From Callorhinchus milii (taxonomy: Eukaryota): a stretch of DNA of 64,000 nucleotides. This document shows positions 13,286-63,549 of this stretch, one piece after another (the first letter of the stretch is position 1; the number at the start of each line of letters is the position of its first letter). Made by a program: the position numbers and the translations under genes. The notes under the pieces are model-generated. The model worked only from the letters and a program-made list of their open reading frames with translations, did not search any database and had not been told where the DNA came from. Location: NCBI RefSeq assembly GCF_018977255.1, contig NW_024704743.1, forward strand, positions 89,592,001 to 89,656,000, in the 5' to 3' direction.

Positions 13286-15905
13286 GAATATAGGACAGAA
13301 ACCAATCACCATGCTTGAATTTCCAAACTGGGCAGTGTCATATCTGTAGCCACTTACACAGGGAATTATCGTTGTGTCTGAAATGTAATACATATTCTTT
13401 CATTGGAATGCTCTATGCTAACTGCCTACTTTCAGAGAGAATTAGGCGCAGGTTGGCAAGAGCCAAGGCTTGAGGGCCCCAGAGTGTGATTTGGTTTAAC
13501 TGTCTGAAACTACAGTTTGCCATTGAGAGTATTGTCTGACATGTTTCCCACTGCTTGACCAGCTAGGACCAGCCTACCTGTTAGGGCTTTGGCTTTCAGG
13601 GTCAACAGAAGTTGAGTGCGAAGAAGTCCTGATCCCAGTGGTTTGTCTTCCACTCCGAGTCCTGCGATCAGCCTGGCGGGCTTGTCTGACATCAAGGATG
13701 CATTGCATTGTCAGCCAAGACTTGCGAGTTCAAAGTCCCAACATGTGGCTTGAACCCACAACCTTCTGAATCAGAGGAGAGAGTGCTTTCAACTGAGTCA
13801 GGCTGACACGAGATTCGGCTGTGATAAGTAATATTGATACTAATATTACATTTGTAAAATGGTGGCAAGTCTCATATTTACTTACCAGATCTTCTGCATA
13901 CTATCCCTTCTCTATAATTCTGTGAACAGACTTTCCTCATCTAAGTTTGCAATTCTTTTTTTGTTACTCAACAGCTCCACCTGTTGCCATTATAAAGTTA
14001 CTCCTTAGTTTGCAGGAAGACAAATTCTTAAGATTAGTTATGGCAATTTTTAAAATTCCCAAATCTCCAAATAACACTAACGCACTGAAAAGAATGACTA
14101 GGCAAGACTAGCACTAGACTGGTGAATACTCCTTCAATTTGGGTTTCATGTTGATACATTTCAGACACTGTAGAACAGTGGATACATTTCTCTGAAGAAT
14201 TCCTATATCTTAACTCCACGAAAGAGATCATTGTAGATACTGTCAACATTCACACTTGCAGTCCCACATGGAGTGAAATCATGACTAGTACGGTCATTTT
14301 AAAGGCTGCAAAGTAAAAGGGGTGTATGTGAATGGGGCATAAGGAATGGGATCCAAACATGGTGAACAACATATGACAACCTGTGATTGAAAGTGTTTGC
14401 ATTTACTTGGAAAGAGAGGAAGGTGGGTGGGGGGATATATATATGAATTATCAGAAAGAATGAAAATTTCAATTGCACAATAACGCCAACCAAATTTGTC
14501 ATCACTTGTGTAATCCTCTATTTCCAAATATGTTCTTCAATGTCGAAAACCTTTTGCCAGTTACCAATTACATTTATTTAGCGCCTTTCATGTTGGGAGG
14601 ATGTCTCAAAAATAATAACAATGCTGGATTACACCTTTTGCGTTGGGAAGTTATCCTATAGCACATTCAGTGCTGGGTGAGCACCCGAGCTGGGAGTGGG
14701 AGCAGAAGGGACTGGGATGAGGAAAGATGACTGAAAGGATGGAAGCTGGGGGTGGGTGGGTTGGGGTGAGAATCCAGAAAATTGAAGAGTAACCTGCAGT
14801 TTATGGGATAAGTAAATAAAAAATTGACATGATACATAGCTGAACATCTAATTTTTCAGGCCAGTTTTAATTTTGATGGCACGTGCAAACATGTACAGAA
14901 AAAAAGTAGAAAAGTACAAATGACTATTACACTAGATCATTTCTGTAAGATAAGAGTACCTGAATATAAAAAGCTGCATTTCTCGTACAATATGAAATCT
15001 TTATCAATGTAAGTAAGTCAGAGATTGAAGTATTAACTGTAGAGGAACCTGGGTTCCTCTTGTATTATTTCTCTAATGGGTAGACCTGACTGAATAATGT
15101 AGGCACAGCTCAGCATTAATGATACTTACTTAGTGGGTAACTAGCACATTTTTTTCTGTTTATACACCAGGTTTGAAATAAAAACCTTGAGATTAAAAAT
15201 GATAAACTATGATGTAAATAAATATATATTAAGTAAAAAGTAAGCAGAGCAACAAGACTAAAATTGCACTAGTTTGAAAAATGTATATCAAAGGCTGAAT
15301 AATGCAGCCCAAAGAAAAATTACTTTTTAAATGTGCTTCTAATTTTAATATTCAATTACTTCTTATCATTTATTTTTTAAAAGAAATTTGTTATGATATG
15401 CTAATGTAATGCATTATAATACCAATCATGATTTGTGAATCATTTGTAATCATATGACTTCATTCCAGCTGATCCATGCATCAGTGCAGGATGCAGGCAT
15501 GCAGTCTAAAAATCCAAAGACTGAATTACTATGAGTTTACACAACAGCATAAAAATTATGCAATGCTTTGGAGGCTAAACAAAAACTGCTGCTTCGAACA
15601 TCACAAAACAAAATCCAAAAGAACATAATTTACATAAATGACAAATAATAAGGATATTGCAGCAGAATGAACAAAGTTTCAATAATTTACACCAATAAAA
15701 AGTTACTGATGTAATTAACACCAAGTACAAGGTTTATTATAATTTTGTAAAACACTGTCATTTCTGAAAGATGTATTTTAAAAATTACATTAGTGCATTA
15801 GTCAGTTTGGCGCATTGCAAATGCTTGATAAGCACTCTAGGATGCTACCCCACATGAAGGGTGCTATATAAATGCAAATTGCTGTTGTCATGAATCCAGG
15901 AGCTC

Positions 15906-39020
<23,115 letters not shown>

Positions 39021-39779
39021 TTACACAATAAGAAAAACAAATTGAAATAGGTACCAATCTGATTTGGAATGAATTTTTTTTAAAAAATTGAACTCCCCCT
39101 GAAGCCAGGAGCCTTGTTACATCATTCTTTGAGATGTCCTATTCACTTGCACCTTTCACTTTTCATTTCTGCACAACACTACATTAGATTTCTCTGTGTT
39201 CGATATGCTTGAGATCCCTCCCCCCAAATCAAAAGCATCTAGGTGTAATCTGCACCTTGCAAGCCCAACCTAAAGATAATTATTCAGAACCTTAGAACAC
39301 CTTTAATGAATATTATTATATATTATTTTTGTTTTAATATTGCTTTATTCCACCAGTTTCACTTTTATGTGCACTAGAGCATTAAAGCACTCTGGAATGC
39401 TACCCAGCATGAGGGGTGCTATATAAATGCAAGTTGTTGTTGTTGAGTACTGCATTCAGTTTTCATATCCTCACTTCAGAAAGGAAACCTTGGACATAAT
39501 GCAGAGAAGAATGAGGAGTATAGTTATGAAGAAAGATTGGAGAAGTCATATCGCTTTTCAATGGAGCAGAGAACATTGAAAGAGGTCCTGATAGAAATGT
39601 ACAAATTTATAAGGGGTTTTGACAGGAGAAATAAGAGCAAGCTATTGCCACATGTAGGGGGTCAGTGACTAGAGGACAAGGATAATAAAGTAGTCACAAG
39701 AAGAGTGAAAGGAGAGCTTAGTTTTTTTTCACAAAGAGAATTGTTGGGATATGGAAGGACCTGCCAAGTAAATGGAAGA

Positions 39780-40320
39780 GATGGAGTCCATTGAGCTCTA
39801 TCCTTGGTCTTTTGTTCTTCACAATCTGTTTGCTCCTGCTCAGCGATGTCATCCGCATACATGGGGTTAACTTCCACATGTATGCGCTTTAAGACGTGAA
39901 AGGTGCTATATCAAATGCAAGAATTATTATTATCTATCTCTGTCTTTCTGCCTCCACCCTTAATTCCAGGACCCCAATTGACTGATTGCCTGTCGGATAT
40001 CATGACCTGGATGAGAGTTATCTTTCTCCAGTTGAATGTCAACAAGAAGGCTCTGCTATTTGGCTCTGGTCAGCGGCTTCTTGCCTCAAGGGCTCACAGC
40101 TATAATCTGCGTGGATACACACTCTGCCTCATGGAGACAGTGCAGAACTTCAGTGTGTTGCTTGATTGTCAACTGGACTCCCCAACTCTTCCCTCCACAA
40201 GCTGCACACTATCCAGACTCTGCCCATTTCAGCTTAGGTGCCAAGTCAGTACGTTAAGTGCCTTGGGACATCCTCCCAACATGAAAGGTGCTTTATAAAT
40301 GTAAATTTGTATTGTATTGT
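39780..40320 (+). mobile_element. L2 LINE fragments (RT core to 3' tail) interrupted by a SINE tail
   Basis: SILGLLFFTICLL..SDVIRIHGVNFHMYA, then a SINE tail, then DCLSDIMTWMRVIFLQLNVNK. Confidence 0.8.
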
Positions 40321-42317
40321 AATCCCACTATTTCAGGCCCTTTGCTGCTACCGCTCATAGCAATTGTGTAACAGATACCCAATCTTTAATTGGTATTTCA
40401 TCTTTCATTAGTATTCTGGTCACCAATCACCAGTCCACAGGATAATGCTTATACCACGTTAATGCTTCCTGCACTCAGAAAGTGAAGTCAGCATTGGCCA
40501 TATTTTAACGTGAGAAGTTGACTAATCAATGCCAGTTGAACTGGCAGCAAGGCACGGTTAAAGCAAAACTTCAAAGTTATAAAAGCAAATTCTGACCAAA
40601 ATCAGAGAGAACGATGTGAAAATGCACTGAAAACTGCACACAATTTGAAGAAAATGTTTGGAAAGCAAAATTTTAATAAAAGTGCAAATCTTAATTTCAC
40701 TGCAACTTTACGTGAAGAGAATTTAATGAATGTTTCTTTTTTGCCAATGACCCTTAGTTACCTCCATATGAGGGATATGTTGAACCCGTTACAGCTAGTT
40801 TGAGTGTCATGTATTATGTACATCGATAAGTTTTCTTTCATAAAATCTGGATCCATCATGTTCGAACAAACGTCTAGCCTGTCGTGGTTTTATGCACAGA
40901 AACCTGTTGAGAGCTGTAAGGACCAGTACTGTTTGCTCCAAGGAAACCTTTACTGGACTAATAAAGTTCTTAGTTGATTTTCCAATTTAACCAGCTGAAC
41001 ATAACCTGCCCTGGATTGCCTCCATCTAACAATTAAATACAGCTTTCATTTAATGCACATAATAACTAATTATGAATGTTAATGCCACTGAAATCCACTG
41101 CACGTTTGACTCTAACTATGATTTCATTCCCAAACTCCCAATATTCCAATGCTTCCTATGAACAGAAGCTTTGTTTACAACACAATCTGTGTTACAATAG
41201 GATGATACCATTACACAACAGATAATCAGATAACTGCACTTTACCACATTCCAGGGTGACATAAAATATGTCACAGGGTGTGATAACATCACAACTAATC
41301 TCTTTCTCAAATTACCAACACAAACGCAGGTTTCTGGTGGCACAACATTAGCAAAGTTTATTTCAGAAACAGTGAAACAACAAGAGCATCGTTTCCTTCT
41401 ATACAAAAGAGACCGAAAAAAAATGTCAGGGACGCGGGGGAGGTAGTGGTGGGGGAGGGAGGGGGGGGTTATTACATTGCCTTATATTTAAGGTGATGGT
41501 CTTAAAAACCTAAGAACATAAGAAATATCTGGCCACATTTTCCTGGCTGATACTTCTCCCATCTAATTCAGGAATGCTGAGGCAAAACAAAATGCTCATA
41601 CTGTTGCATCAGCTGATTTCATCTAACTCAGCAAACACTGGGATACGCAGTGCTTTCTCCCCAGTTCTTGGCACTATTCGAAAAGAGAAGCAAGTTTCTC
41701 CCAGTGTCCTGGCCAACAACTTCCCTCCCCTGTGGGACATTGCTGTGAGCAAACTGGCTACCACGTCCACCTTCAAAATATATGGTCAATGCACTTTAAG
41801 TGTATCCCGTGAAGCTCTCTGAAACATCCTCCCAACCTAAAAGGTGCTAAACAAATGAAAGGATTATTTTAATTATTATAATAATTCACAAGAAACTCTG
41901 AACAGAACAAAAAAGGTAATTCAACATAAGAAGGTTCATCAACATAAGTCTAGCCTGAGAAGACAATCTAACTCTTAAATATTGACATTCAAGCAGACAC
42001 TCACCACTTGCTAAAGGCCCAGATGTTATTTTTTGGAGTCAGCTGAGTGTCTTGACAAAGGCAAACCATACATATGCAAATTCAAACCAAAAATTCACAC
42101 AGCTATGCTAACTTACACGTGGAAAGGAATGCACACACTCCCCTTGGAGCGATGCACCCTTCTTGCCAATTTCCACAGAGTGTTAGGCACAGATTGGTGA
42201 GTGCCAAGATTGGGAACCCGGTGTGTGTGTTGGGGTACTGCTCCAACTTAACAAGTTAACTGTAGGCTTCGCCACTGAGAGCAGCAGAGACCAAGAGAAA
42301 AACTCGCAAGATGGCAA

Positions 42318-42690
42318 CAATAATAATCCTTGCATTTGATACAGCGCCTTATCACGTCTTTGAGACGTCCCAAAGCGCTTCACAGAATATACTGTAAGAT
42401 GAATTGACTGTATGCTTTGTGGGCAAAACGCAGCAGCACTGTCCCCAAAAACAGTCGTGGATTGAGCGACCAATTTGTTTTCGTCGAAGGAATTCTTACC
42501 CCCAGAAAAGTGACCCGCAAAGCGACGAGCAACCGGGTTGCTTTTCCGGGGGTAATAATCCCTTGAGAAAAATGAAGAAGAATTTGGTCACTCGGTCCAC
42601 GGCGGTTCGTGGGGCACTGCTGTGGGCAATCGGCCGCCGCGTTTCGCCCACAAAACACACAGTCACTTGATGTGCACTTTGCAAACGTTA
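42318..42690. mobile_element. Inverted pair of SINE fragments in CPNE3-A intron 1
   Basis: - strand body/tail at 42318-42480; + strand body at ~42500-42690. Confidence 0.75.
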
Positions 42691-43135
42691 ACGAAGTGGG
42701 TGCGACAGTTTTCTTGTTGCACCACTGCAACTGCGGGAGAAACCCACGTTGCAGTGATGACCAATGTTCCAGCGATTCTTCCCCTGAAACTGGTTCCTGT
42801 TCACCGCGAAGCCCTCGAGGCGGAACCTCACTCCCGTCTGGACTGAGGCGCAGAGCACTGTCGCCCTTTTCCCCAACGCGGCGCCTCTCCCAAAGTACCC
42901 AAAACAACATCGGAAACCCAAAGTCCAGCGAATGTGCTCCGAGTGTCGGTCAACAACATTACCTGTGAACGGTCCCCGCGACTCCGAGCGCGCAAACCGC
43001 CTCCTGTCGGGAGCGGCTCCAGAGGAGGAGGAGGAGGAGAGGCAGGAAGTTTGTGGGAAGGAAATGCGAAGTCAAAGCAGCGGCTCCAGAGGGAGGGTTT
43101 GGGGCCGCGGCTCTCAGGGGCGGATTGGAGTGTGT
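42590..43135 (-). promoter_or_regulatory. CpG island / promoter of CPNE3-A
   Basis: High GC and CpG density in an AT-rich window; ETS-type CAGGAAGT at 43043-43050, GC box GGGGCGG at 43117-43123, CCAAT (minus strand) at 43124-43128. Confidence 0.7.
42963..43060 (-). other. Probable non-coding first exon of CPNE3-A
   Basis: Donor CAG|gtaatg at 42963/42962 inside a CpG-rich island; 5' boundary (TSS) approximate. Confidence 0.6.
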
Positions 43136-43164
43136 GAGTGAGTGTGTGAGTGGCACTGAGTGTG

Positions 43165-43405
43165 TGCAGCACTGCCCTCCCCAGCCCTGCCCCCAGCATT
43201 GCCCTGCCCTCTGCCCTGCCCCCAGCATTGCACTGCCCCAGCATTGCCCCAGCCCTGCCCCAGCATTGCCCCCAGCCCTGCCCCCAGCATTGCCCCCAGC
43301 CTGCCCCCAGCATTGCCCTGCTCAGCCCTGCCCTGCCCCCAGCTCAGCACTGCCCTGCCCTCCCCAGCCCTGCTCAGCCCCCAGCTCAGCCCCCCCCCCC
43401 CGCCC
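43165..43405. repeat. GC-rich minisatellite (ccctgcccccag / cattgcccccag units)
   Basis: Directly visible ~11-13 bp degenerate units. Confidence 0.92.
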
Positions 43406-44602
43406 TGATCAGCTCTACCCTCACCACCCACAGCCAGTCACAGCCACTGCGCGCACTCCCCCCCCCCCCAGCTCTGCTCCAAACGCTGCAAGTCACAGGG
43501 CTCAGCCCAGCGCTGGCCACATGCCCATTGACCAAGCTGTGACCAAGCTAAGCATGCAGGGTGACCCAACCGCTCTCTCCCCTCTCACCCTCTCCCCTCT
43601 CCTCCCCACCCCCGCCTTCCGACTATCTCAACAACTCCCCTTCTCTTGCATTGGGGAACCTTGAAGATATCACTGGGTTACAAAGGTAGGAGGGAAGACC
43701 AAGGAGAAGTGGAACTCCACCTGTGTCCACGTCCTGCCATTTGTTTGATGCTGCATACACCAGAGAAAATGCACAGATTTGTTCAGCCCGGTTTCAAATA
43801 TGTCCATTCACCTACCCTATCCCCCATATGTATAGCAACTGGCAAAATCCCATATAGGTGAAACGTTGGGATATCGCTGTGACCCAAAACTGTACCAGGG
43901 TTTTACTGGATCCAATGGAAAGGATTGCCTCTCCTCAATCTGATCAGAAGACAAATATTCCAATAAAAGCGCATCGTACCTTTCACCTACCAAACTCCAC
44001 TTTGTACCCATCCTGTTTTTACATGGCACAACTATCCATCAAATAAAGTTCCGATCATCACATAAATGCACTGTTATACTACCAAATTCACTCCATCAAT
44101 CTGCTACTTTGCAGGCCACTAACAGTAAATATTTTATTACTGGGTATCAGTGAAACACTCATGATTTAGTCAATAACATTGAGCCCAAGTAAATGGGATC
44201 AATGCTATTCTTTTGTTCTCTTAAATTAATTTTTAGGAGCTTCCTTTGAGCAATTCCAAAATCCCACGTAATAGAAAGTTTTGTTTTGCCAGGTTAGTTC
44301 ATTCTCACCCATCCAGTATTAATCTATTAAAGTGACTATCAAAGCCTGTTAAAGTCATTTATTGTTACAGCAAAACCTTATTCCTTAAACTTGCATTTGT
44401 TTGTTGAAATATATTGACTATCACCTCAGAGTGCCTTGGTATATTTCAAACAGCAAGCGAATATTCCAAAAGGTTTGATAGTTAAATGTTTAAAAGTAGC
44501 TTTGCTGGATGGGTTGAGTTTAGCTTCTGATTACATTACATATTTTTCTGGAAAGATGTTCACTCCTCTGAGATAATGAACCATCGGGTCCTTGAGCATA
44601 GA

Positions 44603-46336
44603 TGTAAGAACAATGAACCACAGAAAGAAAAGGCTGCAGCCTCAGACACCTGCCTATCTCAAGGCTGAGAAACAAACAGACTGTGGGAGGCTGCCCAGAA
44701 GTTGTCCATATCTCTCTCTGTGCAAAGCAGCCTTCGAAGGGTGGGGCCTATCTCTGTGACACGGGGAGGTGGAGATAGAAACGCATAAAAGAAATATGTA
44801 ACTGAAATAGCTGGAGTTGTGTAGAGGGTCAACGCACTTGTTAGAATTTACACTTTTTGTATAATGTTAGAATCACAATAGATGTTGCGAACGGGTTAAC
44901 TTTTAAGTTAAGTGTGTTGTGGGCAGCTGGACTGAAACTCCCTGCACGTACACGAGATAACGGACTGTCTCAAGGACAGTGCGTTTGTGTGTGTGAGGCA
45001 CATACACCCCATGAGGTGTTCACGTGAACCCGGCATGATTTCGACAGGTGATCTAATGTCCGCACCATGATTGGATGAACATTGGTATAAGAGTTCCGAT
45101 AACTTTATGTACGGGGCCGTCCCGGGTCGCGGAGACAAGGATATTGGAGATGGAGCCGTCCCGGGTCGTGGAGACAAGGATACGGGAGATGGAGCCGTCC
45201 CGGGTCGCGGAGACAAGGATACGGGAGATGGGGCCGTCTCGGGCTGCGGAGACAAGGGTACGGAGATGGAAGACTGAGAGCTGGAAACACTAAGACTGAG
45301 GATATCAGATGGAAGATTGAAAGCTGTAAGCAAGAAGACTGAAAGCATGAAGAATCAAGCTTGTGTGCTGGAAAGACAGTCTTGAACACTTGAACTCGAG
45401 ATATCTATAGTGGTGTTTTTCTGTTATAAGATCTGTTGATTGTACCGGCCTTTGGTCTGACCCATCGGGATATTGGGGAATAACGAACGAATAATAATAA
45501 AACAGTCTGGTTAGAGGAATTAGCGTTATTTCCTTACAGATTTGGCTGATTTTATTTTCTAACACACTTCCCAGTGGAATTAATATAGATTCTACTGCAA
45601 CTATGTATATGTACAGGGGTGAGGGAATTCACCTCCAGTAAGAAAGTGACCTTTAAAGTGAAAGAGTAGTGGGTAATATGTTTTCGGTTCTGACTGCTAG
45701 GCATAGAAGTAATAACAGTAGAAGTAGTTGGTCCGTTTGAAACGTGAGGTGCTGGGCTAAGAGCTGATTGTTTCTGTTGAGTTTCCAGGAGCCACTCTCT
45801 GTGATTCTGTGTGATAGTTCTGTGATCTCTCCAGTGTATGTCAATGTGTGATCCCAGGTCTACTGTTTAGTCTGGAATACAAAACAGTGCCTGGATACGT
45901 GTTGTCATCCCTGTATTGTCAGTACTAAGGGCTGCAAGGTACTGTGAGGATCAGCTATATGTGAGGGGCGATTCCAGAGGCTGAACTCCGTACCGGTGCC
46001 GGTTAAAAGACAGTCCAGGGGATTGTCTGTCTTCTGAAGTTTTGTGTTATAGAATCAGTTGTCCCTGAGGGTTTTCCAGGGGCTGATCACTGCTGTGTAT
46101 TTTGAGGTGTGTTGTTTGTTTGGAGTACTGAGCAACCCCTGTGTGCATGTTGTGTGGTAAATGTTTTGCTCACATAGATGTGTTGTATTGTTAATGTGTT
46201 GTTATATGCAGTATAATATGTTGTATTGTTATTGTGTTGTTATATTTAGTATAATTTGATTAGATTTGTTAACCCTGATGTTTCATCTCATGCAATAATC
46301 TTTATACTCTTACCATTGCTTGTTGAATTATTAACA
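44603..46336 (+). mobile_element. Long LTR of an ERV or LTR retroelement (5' boundary tentative)
   Basis: Starts TGTAAG (tentative), ends TTAACA, followed 3 nt later by a PBS; ATTGG boxes and TATAAG at ~45070-45092, AATAAA at ~45497. Confidence 0.65.
45113..45268 (+). repeat. 4 x 39-bp tandem repeat inside the LTR
   Basis: ggagccgtcccgggtcgcggagacaaggatacgggagat units. Confidence 0.95.
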
Positions 46337-46339
46337 AAT

Positions 46340-46357
46340 TGGCGAACCAGCCAGGAG
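46340..46357 (+). other. Primer-binding site complementary to tRNA-Arg(ACG) 3' end
   Basis: TGGCGAACCAGCCAGGAG vs expected TGGCGAGCCAGCCAGGAG (17/18). Confidence 0.85.
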
Positions 46358-48604
46358 GGCGTGTATCCCGAGTCATTCTGATCGGTTGATCAAGCCGGGA
46401 CACCATAGGGTAAACCACTCTAAGATAACCTGGACAAAGTTAACATTGGTCAGAGTATAGGTTTAAATTAGCAAACTAATCTGGTCGTAGAAAAATTGTT
46501 TTCAATTCTTTATGTGTTAGATAAGTAAGTTATTGCTGTTTTCTGTTCTGTCTGTTGCCTGGTATATCTGTATAAGGGATACAGTGTAGCTGGTTTGTCT
46601 TATTTCAGTAATGCTCAAAACCAGCAGTCAAGGATAGAGGGAACACCCATCAAATTTCTGTGGGCATACTGTTTGTTAACCATGATATTATTGTTAATGA
46701 TTTGCTGTAATTACAGATGCTAATATTAGTTGAAAGGAGTGATGTGGTGGCCGGGGCAGAAGGGAATCGGGAAGATTCTGATTCTACGTCTCACAAAGAC
46801 ATTGGTAACATCAGTATATTAAACTGCCAAGAACAAAAGGAGTTACCGACCTTGAAGGATACATTTTTAACCCTACAATGAATGGTAAAAACAAGCTGTT
46901 GGTATACGTGACTGAAAAGGTCCAACTGATCTTGTGAAGAGATAGTCTACAATCAACATTGGTTGAACCACGATATCAAGTCAATTCCTAATCACAGCCA
47001 CTGTATCCCACTTTCCAGCTTTTTCTCACATCCTTTAAGATCTACTTCTCAGGATTTAGCCAGAAGGCACTGTATAACTGATCCTGTAACATCTGCTATT
47101 TGGTTAAATATTTCTCCTCTGCTCAGCCATACTCTAAAAACACATCTGGGATCAGCATTTAAGAGACTCAAAGAGCAGGAATCGGATTCAAATACAGGTG
47201 GGTTACATGATGCACAAATACATTGCAGAACCACGTTGATGGGTATCTTAAACTTCCAATTCAAACATTGCACATTAACACTTGAATTACACCATTTACA
47301 TCACAAGACAAATCAAGAATTGAATGAATGTCGAACCAAAATTTTTTTTTTTTTCTACAATACAATACAAGACAAGACAAGACATTGCTTTCAGGACAGA
47401 CTCACCAGGTATCAGCAAAGTGAGCAGTTCGCAGAATGAGGCTGACACACAGAGGGAGCTGGAACTAATGAGCTACACATACATTAAAATAGTAAAATAT
47501 ACTATAAGTGCAAAAAGCATTTCTCATCTCTTATTCATTTCATTTCTGATAAAATATTCCAAACATGTACAAATATAGCCTTATGTTTGCGTCAGCCACA
47601 TTACCCATCATTTACCCAGACAAAGACTTAGTCATAGCATGTTGCAGCACAGAAACAGGCCACTTAACCCACCAAGTCTGCACTTGTGTTTTTCTTCACA
47701 TGAGCCAATCTAATTCCACTCTCCTACTCACTTCCTTGCCCTTTGATTCTCTTCCTTGCTTATAAGCATTTAGTAACTCATGGTTACGAAATTACTAAAT
47801 ACTTACAAAATTTTGGTAATAAAAATTGGCTATTGCCCATATCTATAAAAGAAACCTACAGAGAACTCTAGGTAAATATTATAAACAATGTGCTTCCATC
47901 CTTCAATACGGTCCCATATGTTACACAGGATTGTTACTAAAGGTGTTCTACCTTTTCGTCAAATCATCACATGAAAGTGTTCTGAAAACAAAGCGAAGGA
48001 TTAGATATAATTGAGGTAAATAAAAGCATCTCAATTGGTTGACCTGTTAAAGAATGCTTTGGAGAATTTGTTTAGCGTCCTGGTTATAATTTTGTAGTAA
48101 ACATCAGATAAACTATATAAACGTTATTAAAAACTGAGACCACTTCCACAACAAAATGGATTCTAGGAGGTGTTAACATTGTTTCTATTGCAGTAAGAAT
48201 TATAAATGGGTTTAATTCGCCCATCAGGCCCCCTCCCTCCACTAAAGCCCACCTTGGACTCCAACTTCTATGGTAAAGTTCAGCATTGATGTAGCCTGAT
48301 CTGAAAAGATATTGGAGCAAAACCTTCAGGATATTTATGTATCTCTACTAGTTAACCTACCTTCATATTATACCATGAACCATTCTGCCCCTTGGACTAT
48401 TAGTCAGTTAAGTCTGCATCCCTTTCTATGTCTCCTACTGCCCTTCCCAACCAGATGCCCATTGTGTCTTTTAAAAGATGTGAATTATAGAGTTAAATCT
48501 GTGAATAAAATATTTCTGGTTTTATTTTGCTGATGACTAAAGCAGATGGATTATGTTAACAAAAGTATTTATCTGAACATTAACTTTACATGTAATTAAT
48601 AGTA

Positions 48605-49042
48605 ATAATAATTCTTACATGTGATATAGCACCTTATCCCGTCGTTGAGAATTCCCCAAACGCTTCACAGGATATAATATAAAGTGAATTGACTATATTC
48701 TGTGGGCGAAATACAGTAGCTAGTTGCACACAGCAATGCGCCACAAACAAAAATGGAGTGAGTGACCAATTGTATTTGGGAGGTTGTTGGCCAGGACACG
48801 GGGAGAAGCTCTCTTCTCTTTTCGAATAGTGCCATGGAATCTTTAACATCCAGAGAACAGGCAGATGGGACCTCAGTTTAACATCTCATCTGAAAGATGG
48901 CACATCAGACAATGCCACACATCCCCAGCACTGCATTGGAGTGTCAGGTTAGACTATGGGATTCGAAGTCCTGACACGGGGCTTGAACCCAAAACCTTCT
49001 ACCTCAACGGCGAGTGACACACTGTCTGCCAGACTGACACGC
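48605..49042 (-). mobile_element. Full-length older DeuSINE-like element
   Basis: tRNA-like head (gaaggttttgggttcaagcccc), Deu domain (gccatctttcagatgagatgttaaactgaggtccc...gttaaagattccatggcactattcgaa...gtgtcctggccaac), L2-like tail. Confidence 0.85.
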
Positions 49043-49721
49043 ACATTGCATATAGTGAACAATACATTATTGTAATATTGTAATACATTGAATATAATGA
49101 CCATTTCAATTGTAAAGAAAACAAGAATAAAAGGCAGCTCGCTATTTATTTTATCAGTTCATTTACTGTCTGCTTACTATTGGCTACTTCTTTTACAATG
49201 TAATTTGTGGTGTTATTTATGAATCTATGAATTAATACTAGGATTGAATTATTTGGCCTCAAGTTTAAAATTCCAAAAATAAACTATGTTCTTGTATAAA
49301 ATTATAAAGATTTGGACATAAATCAAAACATTTAAAATAAGATGTTAGAAGCAAAATAAAATCAATTTACATAAATGGCAACTAAATAGCAACAAATTAC
49401 ACAGAATTGTTTTTATCTCATCCAGTTTCATTATTCCCAGCGCCTTGGGACGTCCTCCCAACATGAAAGGCGCTATACAAATGTAATCTCGTTGTTGTTG
49501 TATTCCTTTTAATAGATTGCATTACTTTAAAATAATTGATAGGTTAACAAATATAGATTTAAAAGTGTTCAAAACATATATAATGAACCTATATCTAAAT
49601 ACACTGTGAACATCATAATAAAACAATAGAGTGGCTGACACTGACAGCTTTGGCAAGTCTCTGCGTTCCACTGAATAGATTTATGCAACAATTCACTGAA
49701 GTTAGACTTTGTAACCAGATC

Positions 49722-63549
<13,828 letters not shown>

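Noticed and set aside
9259..13930. Isolated minus-strand donor-like sites (~9259, ~11520, ~13886) as extra exons
   Set aside because: No recognisable protein or consistent frame; cannot be supported without transcript data
42828..43664. Long Pro/Cys/Gln-rich ORFs (up to 203 aa) resembling keratin-associated or cornifin proteins
   Set aside because: They are translations of the GC-rich minisatellite and CpG island, open in several frames on both strands
45113..45268. 39-bp repeats as a CRISPR array or RGD-repeat protein
   Set aside because: Contiguous tandem units with no unique spacers, in a eukaryotic LTR context
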